From: an uncultured Streptococcus sp.
GTDB lineage: Bacteria > Bacillota > Bacilli > Lactobacillales > Streptococcaceae
Direction of reading: 5' to 3'
Length of the DNA: 64,000 nucleotides
Assembly: GCF_901875575.1 (NCBI RefSeq)
Contig: NZ_CABFMF010000033.1
Coordinates: forward strand, 35,747 to 99,746
In this document: in pieces, positions 56,794 through 64,000 of the stretch
Position numbering within the stretch: position 1 is the first letter of the stretch
How the letters are laid out: each line of letters starts with the position of its first letter
The notes under the pieces: generated by a model
Database searches by the model: none
What the model was told of the DNA's origin: nothing
What the model saw: only the letters and a program-made list of their open reading frames with translations
Position numbers and translations under genes: made by a program

Positions 56794-57465
56794 ATGAAAA
56801 CAATTCAAATTGCAATTGATGGTCCTGCCTCAAGTGGCAAAAGTACAGTAGCGAAGATTATTGCTAAGGAGTTTGGTTACACATATTTAGATACAGGTGC
56901 TATGTATCGAGCTGCTACTTACATCGCATTGAAACACCAATTGAACGAAGACAATGTAGAGCAACTACTTGGACTTCTTGAACAGCATCCCATTAGTTTT
57001 GGGCGTTCAGAAGCAGGGGAACAGCTTGTTTTTGTAGGGGATGTAGATATCACTCATCCGATTCGTGAAAATGAAGTGACAAATCGTGTATCTACCATTG
57101 CAGCGATACCAGTTATCCGTGAAAAGTTGGTGGCTCTCCAACAGGAAATTGCCCAAAAAGGTGGCATTGTCATGGATGGCCGTGATATTGGGACTGTTGT
57201 ATTGCCACAAGCAGAATTAAAAGTTTTTCTTGTAGCTTCTGTTGATGAAAGAGCAAAACGACGTTACGAGGAAAATATGGCCAAAGGTATTGAAACAGAC
57301 CTCGAAAAACTTAAAGAGGAGATTGCTGCACGTGATTATAAAGATAGTCATCGTGAAACTTCACCTCTTAAACAAGCAGAGGATGCAATCTACCTCGATA
57401 CAACTGGTTTAACTATTGAAGAAGTGGTTGATAAAATCAAGGAAGAAGCTAAAAAGAAAATGTAG
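56794..57465 (+). CDS. cmk: cytidylate kinase
   Basis: [17 protein letters not shown]-loop. 223 aa. Confidence 0.93.
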   Translation: MKTIQIAIDGPASSGKSTVAKIIAKEFGYTYLDTGAMYRAATYIALKHQLNEDNVEQLLGLLEQHPISFGRSEAGEQLVFVGDVDITHPIRENEVTNRVSTIAAIPVIREKLVALQQEIAQKGGIVMDGRDIGTVVLPQAELKVFLVASVDERAKRRYEENMAKGIETDLEKLKEEIAARDYKDSHRETSPLKQAEDAIYLDTTGLTIEEVVDKIKEEAKKKM

Positions 57466-57472
57466 AATGATG

Positions 57473-57499
57473 AAACCGATTCTTGGATATCGGTTTTTT
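57473..57499 (+). terminator. terminator after cmk
   Basis: aaaccgat-tcttggat-atcggttt followed by tttc. Confidence 0.65.
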
Positions 57500-57505
57500 C
57501 TCTAT

Positions 57506-57534
57506 TTGTCAAAAACCTATTTTTAGGGTATAAT
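57506..57534 (+). promoter_or_regulatory. promoter upstream of the phnA-like gene
   Basis: TTGTCA, 17 nt, TATAAT. Confidence 0.55.
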
Positions 57535-57593
57535 AGTTGCTGTTCGAGAAAATTTGATTTTCAAAGAATAGTGAAACCTTATAAGGAGATGTT

Positions 57594-57932
57594 ATGAACA
57601 ATTTACCAAATTGTAAAGAATGCGATTCAGAATATGTTTACGAAGATGGAGCTATGCTAGTTTGCCCTGAGTGTGCTTATGAGTGGAATCCTGCTGAAGT
57701 TGCCGAAGTGGAGGAGGGTCTTGTAGCTATTGATGCCAATGGAAATAAATTGACAGATGGCGATACAGTCACTTTGATCAAGGATTTAAAAGTTAAAGGT
57801 GCGCCTAAAGATTTAAAACAAGGTACGCGCGTCAAGAATATCCGCATTGTAGAAGGCGACCATAATATTGACTGTAAGATTGATGGATTTGGTGCTATGA
57901 AACTCAAGTCAGAATTTGTGAAGAAGATTTAA
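57594..57932 (+). CDS. PhnA/YjdM zinc-ribbon protein
   Basis: [25 protein letters not shown] zinc ribbon plus the conserved C-terminal domain. Confidence 0.85.
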   Translation: MNNLPNCKECDSEYVYEDGAMLVCPECAYEWNPAEVAEVEEGLVAIDANGNKLTDGDTVTLIKDLKVKGAPKDLKQGTRVKNIRIVEGDHNIDCKIDGFGAMKLKSEFVKKI

Positions 57933-57934
57933 TC

Positions 57935-58564
57935 ATGTCGAATAAACTTAAATTTATTTTTTATAGCCGTATCTTTTTGTTTCTAACAGCTTTTACTGGC
58001 GTCTATCTTGAAATCGTCAATCGTGGTGGTTTTGGGATGCTTCTCTATTATACGGTTCTATCTAACCTTTTAGTAGCAATTTTTACCCTCTATCTGTTAA
58101 GGGTTATGAAGCGGGATGGTGAAAACTGGCAAGGTCCAACTCTTTTACGTTTAAAGGGTGGTGTCACCATGAGTATTATGATTACCTGTGTGATTTATCA
58201 TTTTCTCTTGGCACCTATCGCAACCAATTTCTATACGCTAGAAAATTTCCTTTGCCATTATATTGTACCTCTCTGGTTTTTAGCAGATACTCTTTTCTTT
58301 GATAAGCAGGGTCAATATAAGATTTGGGATCCCATTGTGTGGACAATTTTACCCCTGCTTTATATGATTTTTGCTCTTTTTAATGGCTTGGTATTGAAAC
58401 TGGATATCCCAAATTCTAAGGTCAGCCCCTTCCCTTATTTCTTTTTGAATGTAGCTAAAGGATGGGACGTGGTTATCAAGTGGTGTGCCATTATCTTTGT
58501 AGCTTATATGTTGGCAGGATTTGTCTTTTACTTTATTAAGCAAATCAAGAGAAAGTCATCCTAA
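57935..58564 (+). CDS. polytopic membrane protein (about 6 TM), family not assigned
   Basis: 209 aa, hydrophobic. Begins 3 nt after the phnA-like stop. Confidence 0.6.
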   Translation: MSNKLKFIFYSRIFLFLTAFTGVYLEIVNRGGFGMLLYYTVLSNLLVAIFTLYLLRVMKRDGENWQGPTLLRLKGGVTMSIMITCVIYHFLLAPIATNFYTLENFLCHYIVPLWFLADTLFFDKQGQYKIWDPIVWTILPLLYMIFALFNGLVLKLDIPNSKVSPFPYFFLNVAKGWDVVIKWCAIIFVAYMLAGFVFYFIKQIKRKSS

Positions 58565-58716
58565 TACTCTTCGAAAATCTCTTCAAACCACGTCAGTTTC
58601 GCCTTAAGGGTATATATGTGACTGACTTCGTCAGTTTCATCTACAACCTCAAAACAGTGTTTTGAGGAGCCTGCGGCTAGCTTCCTAGTTTGCTCTTTGA
58701 TTTTCATTGAGTATAA
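58563..58716 (-). repeat. BOX element (C-B-A as read on the plus strand, one boxB)
   Basis: taatactcttcgaaaatctcttcaaaccacgtcag...ctgcggctagcttcctagtttgctctttgattttcattgagtataa. Confidence 0.88.
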
Positions 58717-58837
58717 GACACAAGGGATTCATTTTCGAGTTTAAGAAGGAGTCTGTACACTAAAGAGACTTCTTCTTTTCTTGCTTGAGAATTATCAACA
58801 GAGAAAGATATTAAGAGAAAATATAGAAAGAGATTTC

Positions 58838-59989
58838 ATGAAACAATTTTTAGAAAGGGCTAGTATTCTCGCCCTATCCCTCGTTTTAATTACTTCCTTT
58901 TCCATTTCGAGTGCCTTACCAGCAATGTTTGACTATTACCAAGGATATCCTAAGGAACAAATTGAACTCCTGGTCAGTCTTCCTTCTTTTGGCATTATGA
59001 TCATGCTATTGTTGAATGGAGTTCTTGAAAAAATGTTTGCTGAGAGGTTACAGATTAGTTTGGGGCTGCTGATATTATCTCTCAGTGGAATCGCACCTTT
59101 CTGGTATCAAGGCTATGCTTTTGTCTTTGGAATGCGAATTCTTTTTGGTCTTGGAGTAGGAATGATTAACGCCAAGGCTATTTCCATTATCAGCGAACGC
59201 TATCATGGAAAACCCCGAATTCAGATGTTGGGCTTAAGAGGATCGGCAGAAGTAGTTGGAGCTTCTCTTATCACATTGGCAGTTGGCCAACTTATAGTGT
59301 TTGGTTGGACAGCTACTTTCCTAGCCTATAGTGCTGGATTCTTAGTCTTGATTCTCTATCTCCTCTTTGTTCCTTATGGCAAGGAAAAGAAAGAAGTTAA
59401 GCAAAAAGAGATGGGAACAAACAGCTTAAGCCGTGAAATGAAAGGGTTGATTTTCCTTTTAGCCATTGAAGCCGCAGTTGTAGTGTGTACCAATACAGCA
59501 ATCACGATTCGGATTCCAAGCTTGATGGTGGAAAGAGGACTAGGAGATGCCCAGTTATCTAGCTTTGTCTTAAGTGTTATGCAGCTTATTGGTATTGTAG
59601 CAGGTATCAGTTTTTCCTTCCTAATCTCAGTCTTTAAAGAAAGATTGCTTCTCTGGTCTGGTATTACCTTCGGCTTAGGGCAAATTGTGATTGCCATTTC
59701 TCCATCCTTATGGGTGATTGTAGTAGGAAGTCTTGTAGCTGGCTTTGCTTATAGCGTGGCCTTAACGACTGTCTTTCAGCTGTTATCAGTCCGCATTCCA
59801 TCTAAATTATTGAACCAAGCAACCTCTTTTGCAGTATTGGGTTGTAGTTTTGGGGCTTTTACAACACCGATTGTTTTAGCTCTTATTGGCTTCATAACAC
59901 AAAATAGTATGATTGTTTTTGCTCTTCTAGGTGGATGGTTAATTGTGACTTCTATTTTAGTCATGTATGTACTACAAAAGAAAGCTTAG
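58838..59989 (+). CDS. MFS transporter
   Basis: 383 aa, about 12 TM. Start moved to ATG 58838 (MKQFLERASILAL). Confidence 0.8.
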   Translation: MKQFLERASILALSLVLITSFSISSALPAMFDYYQGYPKEQIELLVSLPSFGIMIMLLLNGVLEKMFAERLQISLGLLILSLSGIAPFWYQGYAFVFGMRILFGLGVGMINAKAISIISERYHGKPRIQMLGLRGSAEVVGASLITLAVGQLIVFGWTATFLAYSAGFLVLILYLLFVPYGKEKKEVKQKEMGTNSLSREMKGLIFLLAIEAAVVVCTNTAITIRIPSLMVERGLGDAQLSSFVLSVMQLIGIVAGISFSFLISVFKERLLLWSGITFGLGQIVIAISPSLWVIVVGSLVAGFAYSVALTTVFQLLSVRIPSKLLNQATSFAVLGCSFGAFTTPIVLALIGFITQNSMIVFALLGGWLIVTSILVMYVLQKKA

Positions 59990-60048
59990 GAATTCTTTCC
60001 CAAGTTTTTTTTCTATATGAAGCTACAAGAATAAACTTTGGTCAAAAC

Positions 60049-60248
60049 TAATACTCTTCGAAAATCTCTTCAAATCACGTCAGCGTCGCCTTACCGTAGG
60101 TATGGTGACTGATTTCGTCAGTTCTATTTACAACCTCAAAGCAGTGCTTTGAGCTGACTTCGTCAGTTCTATCTGCAACCTCAAAACAGTGTTTTGAGCC
60201 ACCTGCGACTAGTTTCCTAGTTTGCTTTTTGATTTTCATTGAGTATAA
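60049..60248 (-). repeat. BOX element (C-B-B-A as read on the plus strand, two boxB)
   Basis: Same termini as 58563-58716, with a duplicated ..gacttcgtcagttcta..caacctcaaa.cagtg.tttgag.. module. Confidence 0.88.
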
Positions 60249-60373
60249 ACAAGTTGCTAACCCAAAATGACTAAGATGTGGGAACTTAGTTTTCATAGAC
60301 TTTTTATCTGTCCCTAATTAATTTTTGCTACTCTAGCTTGTTTACTCTGCCTTTTCTTGATAAAATAGAAGCT

Positions 60374-61123
60374 ATGACGAGATATAAAGCAACTATTTCC
60401 TATGATGGTTACGCCTTTGCTGGTTTTCAGCGCCAGCCTCATGCGCGTAGCGTTCAGGAGGAACTTGAAAAAACCTTGACTAGATTGAATAAGGGCCAAG
60501 CTATTACTGTTCATGGAGCAGGGAGAACGGATAGTGGGGTTCATGCCCTGGGACAGGTCATTCATTTTGACCTGCCCTATCAAATGGATGAGGAAAAACT
60601 CCGTTTTGCTTTGGACACTCAGTCTCCTGAAGATATCGATGTGATTTCGATTGAGCTTGTGGCGGATGATTTTCATTGTCGTTATGCCAAGCACAGCAAG
60701 ACTTATGAGTTTATCGTAGATAGAGGGCGTCCAAAAAATCCTATGAAACGCTATTATGCAACGCATTTTCCTTATCCGCTAGATGTGGCAAGGATGCAAG
60801 AAGCGATAAAAAAATTAAAAGGAACTCATGATTTCACAGGGTTTACAGCATCTGGTACCAGTGTGGAGGATAAGGTCAGGACCATTACAGAAGCCAGTCT
60901 TTCAGTCGATGAGACAGGACAGTTTTTAACCTTTAGCTTTTCTGGAAATGGCTTTCTGTATAAACAAATCAGAAATATGGTTGGAACCCTGCTGAAAATT
61001 GGGAACAATCGCATGCCAGTAGAGCAAATTGACTTGATTTTGGAGAAAAAAGACAGACAGCTTGCAGGGCCCACTGCAGCATCTAACGGTCTATATTTGA
61101 AGGAGATTACTTATGAAGAATAA
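60374..61123 (+). CDS. truA: tRNA pseudouridine(38-40) synthase
   Basis: [21 protein letters not shown]...[11 protein letters not shown] catalytic Asp motif. Confidence 0.92.
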   Translation: MTRYKATISYDGYAFAGFQRQPHARSVQEELEKTLTRLNKGQAITVHGAGRTDSGVHALGQVIHFDLPYQMDEEKLRFALDTQSPEDIDVISIELVADDFHCRYAKHSKTYEFIVDRGRPKNPMKRYYATHFPYPLDVARMQEAIKKLKGTHDFTGFTASGTSVEDKVRTITEASLSVDETGQFLTFSFSGNGFLYKQIRNMVGTLLKIGNNRMPVEQIDLILEKKDRQLAGPTAASNGLYLKEITYEE

Positions 61124-61886
61124 TCGTATTTTAGCACTTTCAGGAAATGATATTTTTAGTGGGGGTGGTTTGTCCGCTGATTTGGCTACCTATACCTTGA
61201 ACGGTTTGCATGGCTTTGTGGCAGTGACTTGTTTGACAGCCTTGACAGAAAAAGGATTTGAAGTCTTTCCAACTGACGATACCATTTTTCAACATGAATT
61301 GGATAGCTTGCGTGATGTGGAGTTTGGGGGAATTAAGATTGGTCTTCTTCCTACTGTCAGTGTGGCTGAGAAGGCTTTGGACTTTATCAAACAACGCCCA
61401 GGAGTTCCTGTGGTACTGGATCCCGTCTTAGTCTGTAAGGAAACACACGACGTAGCTGTAAGTGAACTTTGCCAAGAGTTGATTCGCTTTTTCCCTCATG
61501 TCAGTGTGATTACGCCTAATCTTCCTGAAGCAGAATTGCTAGCAGGTCAAGAGATTAAGAATTTGGAAGATATGAAAGCAGTTGCGCAAAAATTGTATGA
61601 TTTAGGTGCGCCAGCAGTAGTTGTTAAGGGAGGCAATCGTCTCAGACAAGATAAGGCTATGGATATCTTTTATGATGGACAAACCTTTACAGTGTTAGAA
61701 AATCCCGTTATCCAAGGACAAAATGCGGGTGCAGGATGTACCTTTGCTTCAAGCATTGCCAGTCACCTAGTCCAAGGACAAGAACTATCAGCAGCAATTG
61801 AAAGTTCAAAAGCATTCGTTTACCGTGCCATTGCACAAGCAGATCAATATGGAGTAAGACAATATGAAGCAAACAAAAACAACTAA
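61113..61886 (+). CDS. pdxK: ribokinase-superfamily vitamin kinase (pyridoxal / hydroxymethylpyrimidine kinase type)
   Basis: 257 aa. GGLSADL, VLDPV, AGCTF motifs. The gene symbol is by analogy with the pneumococcal truA-pdxK arrangement and is tentative. Confidence 0.7.
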   Translation: MKNNRILALSGNDIFSGGGLSADLATYTLNGLHGFVAVTCLTALTEKGFEVFPTDDTIFQHELDSLRDVEFGGIKIGLLPTVSVAEKALDFIKQRPGVPVVLDPVLVCKETHDVAVSELCQELIRFFPHVSVITPNLPEAELLAGQEIKNLEDMKAVAQKLYDLGAPAVVVKGGNRLRQDKAMDIFYDGQTFTVLENPVIQGQNAGAGCTFASSIASHLVQGQELSAAIESSKAFVYRAIAQADQYGVRQYEANKNN

Positions 61887-62325
61887 AATTGCCCTTATAT
61901 CCCTATTAACCGCCCTTTCTGTGGTTCTAGGTTATTTCTTAAAAATTCCAACGCCGACAGGTATTCTAACTCTTTTAGATGCGGGTGTCTTCTTTGCAGC
62001 CTTCTATTTTGGTAGTCGAGAAGGTGCTATTGTTGGAGGATTGGCTGGATTCCTCATTGACCTCTTATCAGGCTATCCTCAGTGGATGTTCTTTAGTTTA
62101 ATTAACCATGGTTTGCAGGGATTTTTTGCAGGTTTCAAAGGAAAAGGCCAGTGGCTAGGTCTTGTCTTAGCAACTTTTGCCATGGTTGGGGGCTATGTTT
62201 TGGGTTCAACTTTGATGAATGGCTGGGCAGCAGCCCTACCTGAAATTCTTCCCAACTTTTTCCAAAATACAGTGGGGATGATTGTCGGATTTATTTTGAA
62301 CCAAAGCATCAAGAAGATAAAGTAA
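61864..62325 (+). CDS. ECF-transporter S component (vitamin-specific, PdxU-like)
   Basis: 153 aa, 5-6 TM. Overlaps the kinase gene by 23 nt. Confidence 0.65.
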   Translation: MKQTKTTKIALISLLTALSVVLGYFLKIPTPTGILTLLDAGVFFAAFYFGSREGAIVGGLAGFLIDLLSGYPQWMFFSLINHGLQGFFAGFKGKGQWLGLVLATFAMVGGYVLGSTLMNGWAAALPEILPNFFQNTVGMIVGFILNQSIKKIK

Positions 62326-62353
62326 AAAGTTAGCTGTTCGAGCTAACTTTTTT
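62325..62353. terminator. bidirectional terminator between the ECF S-component gene and pepQ
   Basis: aaaagttagct-gttcg-agctaactttt. Confidence 0.75.
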
Positions 62354-62361
62354 GTATAAAT

Positions 62362-63444
62362 TTAATCAAAATAAAGCAAGTCTTTGCTGGTGCTTGTAAA
62401 GAGGTCAAAACCATTCTTAGTAACAACACCGCAGTCTTCGATACGGACACCAACCTTGCCAGGGATATAGATACCAGGTTCAACAGAGAAGCACATGCCT
62501 TCTTCGATAACCAAGTCGTTTCCTTCCATGATAGATGGGAATTCGTGGACATCCATACCGATACCATGACCGAGACGGTGGTTGAAGTATTCACCGTAAC
62601 CAGCTTTTTCGATAACCTCACGGGCAGCACGGTCCACTTCATGGGCAGTCACACCTGGTTTGATAAAGTCAAGAGCAGCTTGTTGGGCTTCAAGAGTCAA
62701 GTTGTAAATATCTTTCTTGAACTGATCTGGTTTACCGACAGCGACTGTACGAGTCATGTCAGACGCATAGCCGTTGACCAGAACCCCTAGGTCAAAGAGG
62801 AGAAGAGCATTATTTTCAACCTTATTAGCTGCTGGAATGCCGTGTGGATTCGCAGCATTATCGCCAGTCAAGACCATGGTATCAAAGCTCATTTCATAAC
62901 CTTCACGTTTCATGGCAAAGTCGATTTGAGCGATAATATCTGTCTCCGTCTTATCAAGAGAGATATTATCGAAACCAACCTTAACAGCCTTATCAGCATA
63001 AAGACCTGCAACCATCATTTTTTGCACTTCATCAGCTGATTTGATAAGGCGCATGCGTTGGATACGGGGAGTGAGGTTGTCAAACTCAGCAGTTTCAAAG
63101 ACAGTTTTTAAACCATGATATTTGGTTAAGATGAGATTGTCAAACTCGACAGCGACACGTTTGAAGTCAAGTTGTGGAAGAGCATGTTTCATTTTTTGCC
63201 ATGGATTTTCAGAGTCCACATAGCCCACAACTGGGAAGGAAACAGTGCTACTTGCACGCTCCACTTCAAGGGCTGGGACAAAGAGGAGAGATTCCTGATC
63301 TGCTAGGACAAAAAGGAACATTTGGCGTTCATGGGGATCACTGTAAAAGCCAGTGAGGTAATTGATTGTGACGGGGTCAGATACGACAGCGACGTCTAGT
63401 TTTTCTGTTTCAAGATATGTTACGATTTGTTGTAATTTAGACAT
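62362..63444 (-). CDS. pepQ: Xaa-Pro dipeptidase (M24B)
   Basis: 360 aa. Metal ligands in DLGVLVNGYASDMTRT, HRLGHGIGMDVHE, FSVEPGIY, VRIED. Confidence 0.88.
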   Translation of the reverse strand: MSKLQQIVTYLETEKLDVAVVSDPVTINYLTGFYSDPHERQMFLFVLADQESLLFVPALEVERASSTVSFPVVGYVDSENPWQKMKHALPQLDFKRVAVEFDNLILTKYHGLKTVFETAEFDNLTPRIQRMRLIKSADEVQKMMVAGLYADKAVKVGFDNISLDKTETDIIAQIDFAMKREGYEMSFDTMVLTGDNAANPHGIPAANKVENNALLLFDLGVLVNGYASDMTRTVAVGKPDQFKKDIYNLTLEAQQAALDFIKPGVTAHEVDRAAREVIEKAGYGEYFNHRLGHGIGMDVHEFPSIMEGNDLVIEEGMCFSVEPGIYIPGKVGVRIEDCGVVTKNGFDLFTSTSKDLLYFD

Positions 63445-63570
63445 ATGCTACCTTCTTTCTACCCCTCTATTTTGGCAAAAAATGAGAGAAAATGCAAGGG
63501 AGAAGGGTAAAAGAATAGGTAAAAAGAACCCCAATACTTTAGTGGAGTTCTTTTGAGTATGGCTTTGTAT

Positions 63571-64000
63571 TTATGAAAAGTCAGCCTTGCTTTTGACGTC
63601 GCTGTATTCTTCAGCGATTTCTTGGCTGAGAATGTCCTCATAAGCAGGGAGTTGAATGTCCTGACCATATTTCTTCTTGAGGGCAGTAGTGACTAGTCTA
63701 TAAGCCAGATTGGCATTACGAGAGAGGATAGGCCCGTGGAAGTAAGAACCAAAGACATTTTTATAATGAACCCCTTCTCCGACTTTTTCTTCATTATTCC
63801 CATTTCCGTAAACAATATGGCCAAGCGGTTTTTGGTCATCTGAGAGGAAGGTACGGCCCTGGTGGTTTTCAAATCCATAGTAGGTTTCATTGAAATCTTT
63901 ATTGTGAATCTTGATGTCCCCGATAAAGCGATTATTGGTCTGGTTGAGGGTATAGTGACCCATGACCCCTAGTCCTTCGATGCGTTTGCCTGAAGCTTCA
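63571..64000 (-). CDS. gatD: glutamine amidotransferase GatD (lipid II isoglutaminyl synthase subunit), 3' part only
   Basis: CobQ/CobB-type GATase C-terminus (..[17 protein letters not shown]..). The frame stays open past the ORF-track ATG to the window edge. Confidence 0.7.
   Translation of the reverse strand, partial: EASGKRIEGLGVMGHYTLNQTNNRFIGDIKIHNKDFNETYYGFENHQGRTFLSDDQKPLGHIVYGNGNNEEKVGEGVHYKNVFGSYFHGPILSRNANLAYRLVTTALKKKYGQDIQLPAYEDILSQEIAEEYSDVKSKADFS

Noticed and set aside
60075-60296. 73-aa ORF on the minus strand downstream of the MFS gene.
   Set aside because: It lies within the BOX element (repeated ..SKHCFEV..NRTDE.. comes from the boxB duplication). It is a repeat artefact.

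Overview
This is a 64-kb chromosomal segment of a mitis-group Streptococcus (S. pneumoniae / S. mitis / S. oralis-like). The assignment rests on three BOX elements, a 107-bp RUP-like MITE, SPRITE-like repeats, and a gene order I recognise from pneumococcal genomes: metE-metF, pnp-cysE-cysS-mrnC, msmK, relA-dtd, psaR, a TCS01-like rr/hk pair, thrS, rpsO, cadD, plsC, a P-type ATPase, trmK, galE, cmk, truA, pepQ and gatD. Most of the window is ordinary housekeeping DNA. Four stretches are accessory. (i) 1-8941 is a defence-type islet. It holds type I R-M hsdS and hsdM with a transmembrane KAP-family P-loop NTPase nested between them, an unassignable 284-aa ORF upstream, and a HigB/HigA-ImmA module. 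It also holds a DUF1722 / pyrimidine-dimer glycosylase pair and a second, decayed toxin-antitoxin pair, and is closed by a BOX element. (ii) 28828-38400 is an AT-rich, roughly 10-kb mosaic island between the histidine kinase and thrS. It contains a decayed radical-SAM/ABC (RiPP-like) cluster, a RUP-like MITE, a nonsense-mutated IS1182-like element, a NUDIX gene and a type ISP restriction-enzyme tail fragment. It also contains a PD-(D/E)xK nuclease + AlbA_2/HATPase gene pair, phased 10-bp tandem repeats and a truncated, frameshifted integrase. (iii) 42710-44465 is a repeat-rich rpsO-cadD region with a CRISPR-like 36-bp repeat pair, a candidate small RNA, and a cadD cassette bracketed by 57-bp direct repeats. 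(iv) 44466-47972 is a FecCD-type ABC importer plus an esterase. I saw no rRNA, tRNA or bona fide CRISPR-cas locus. All homology statements come from motif recognition by eye and memory of protein families, not from database searches. ORF-track coordinates include the stop codon, and several starts were moved to internal ATGs with better RBSs.
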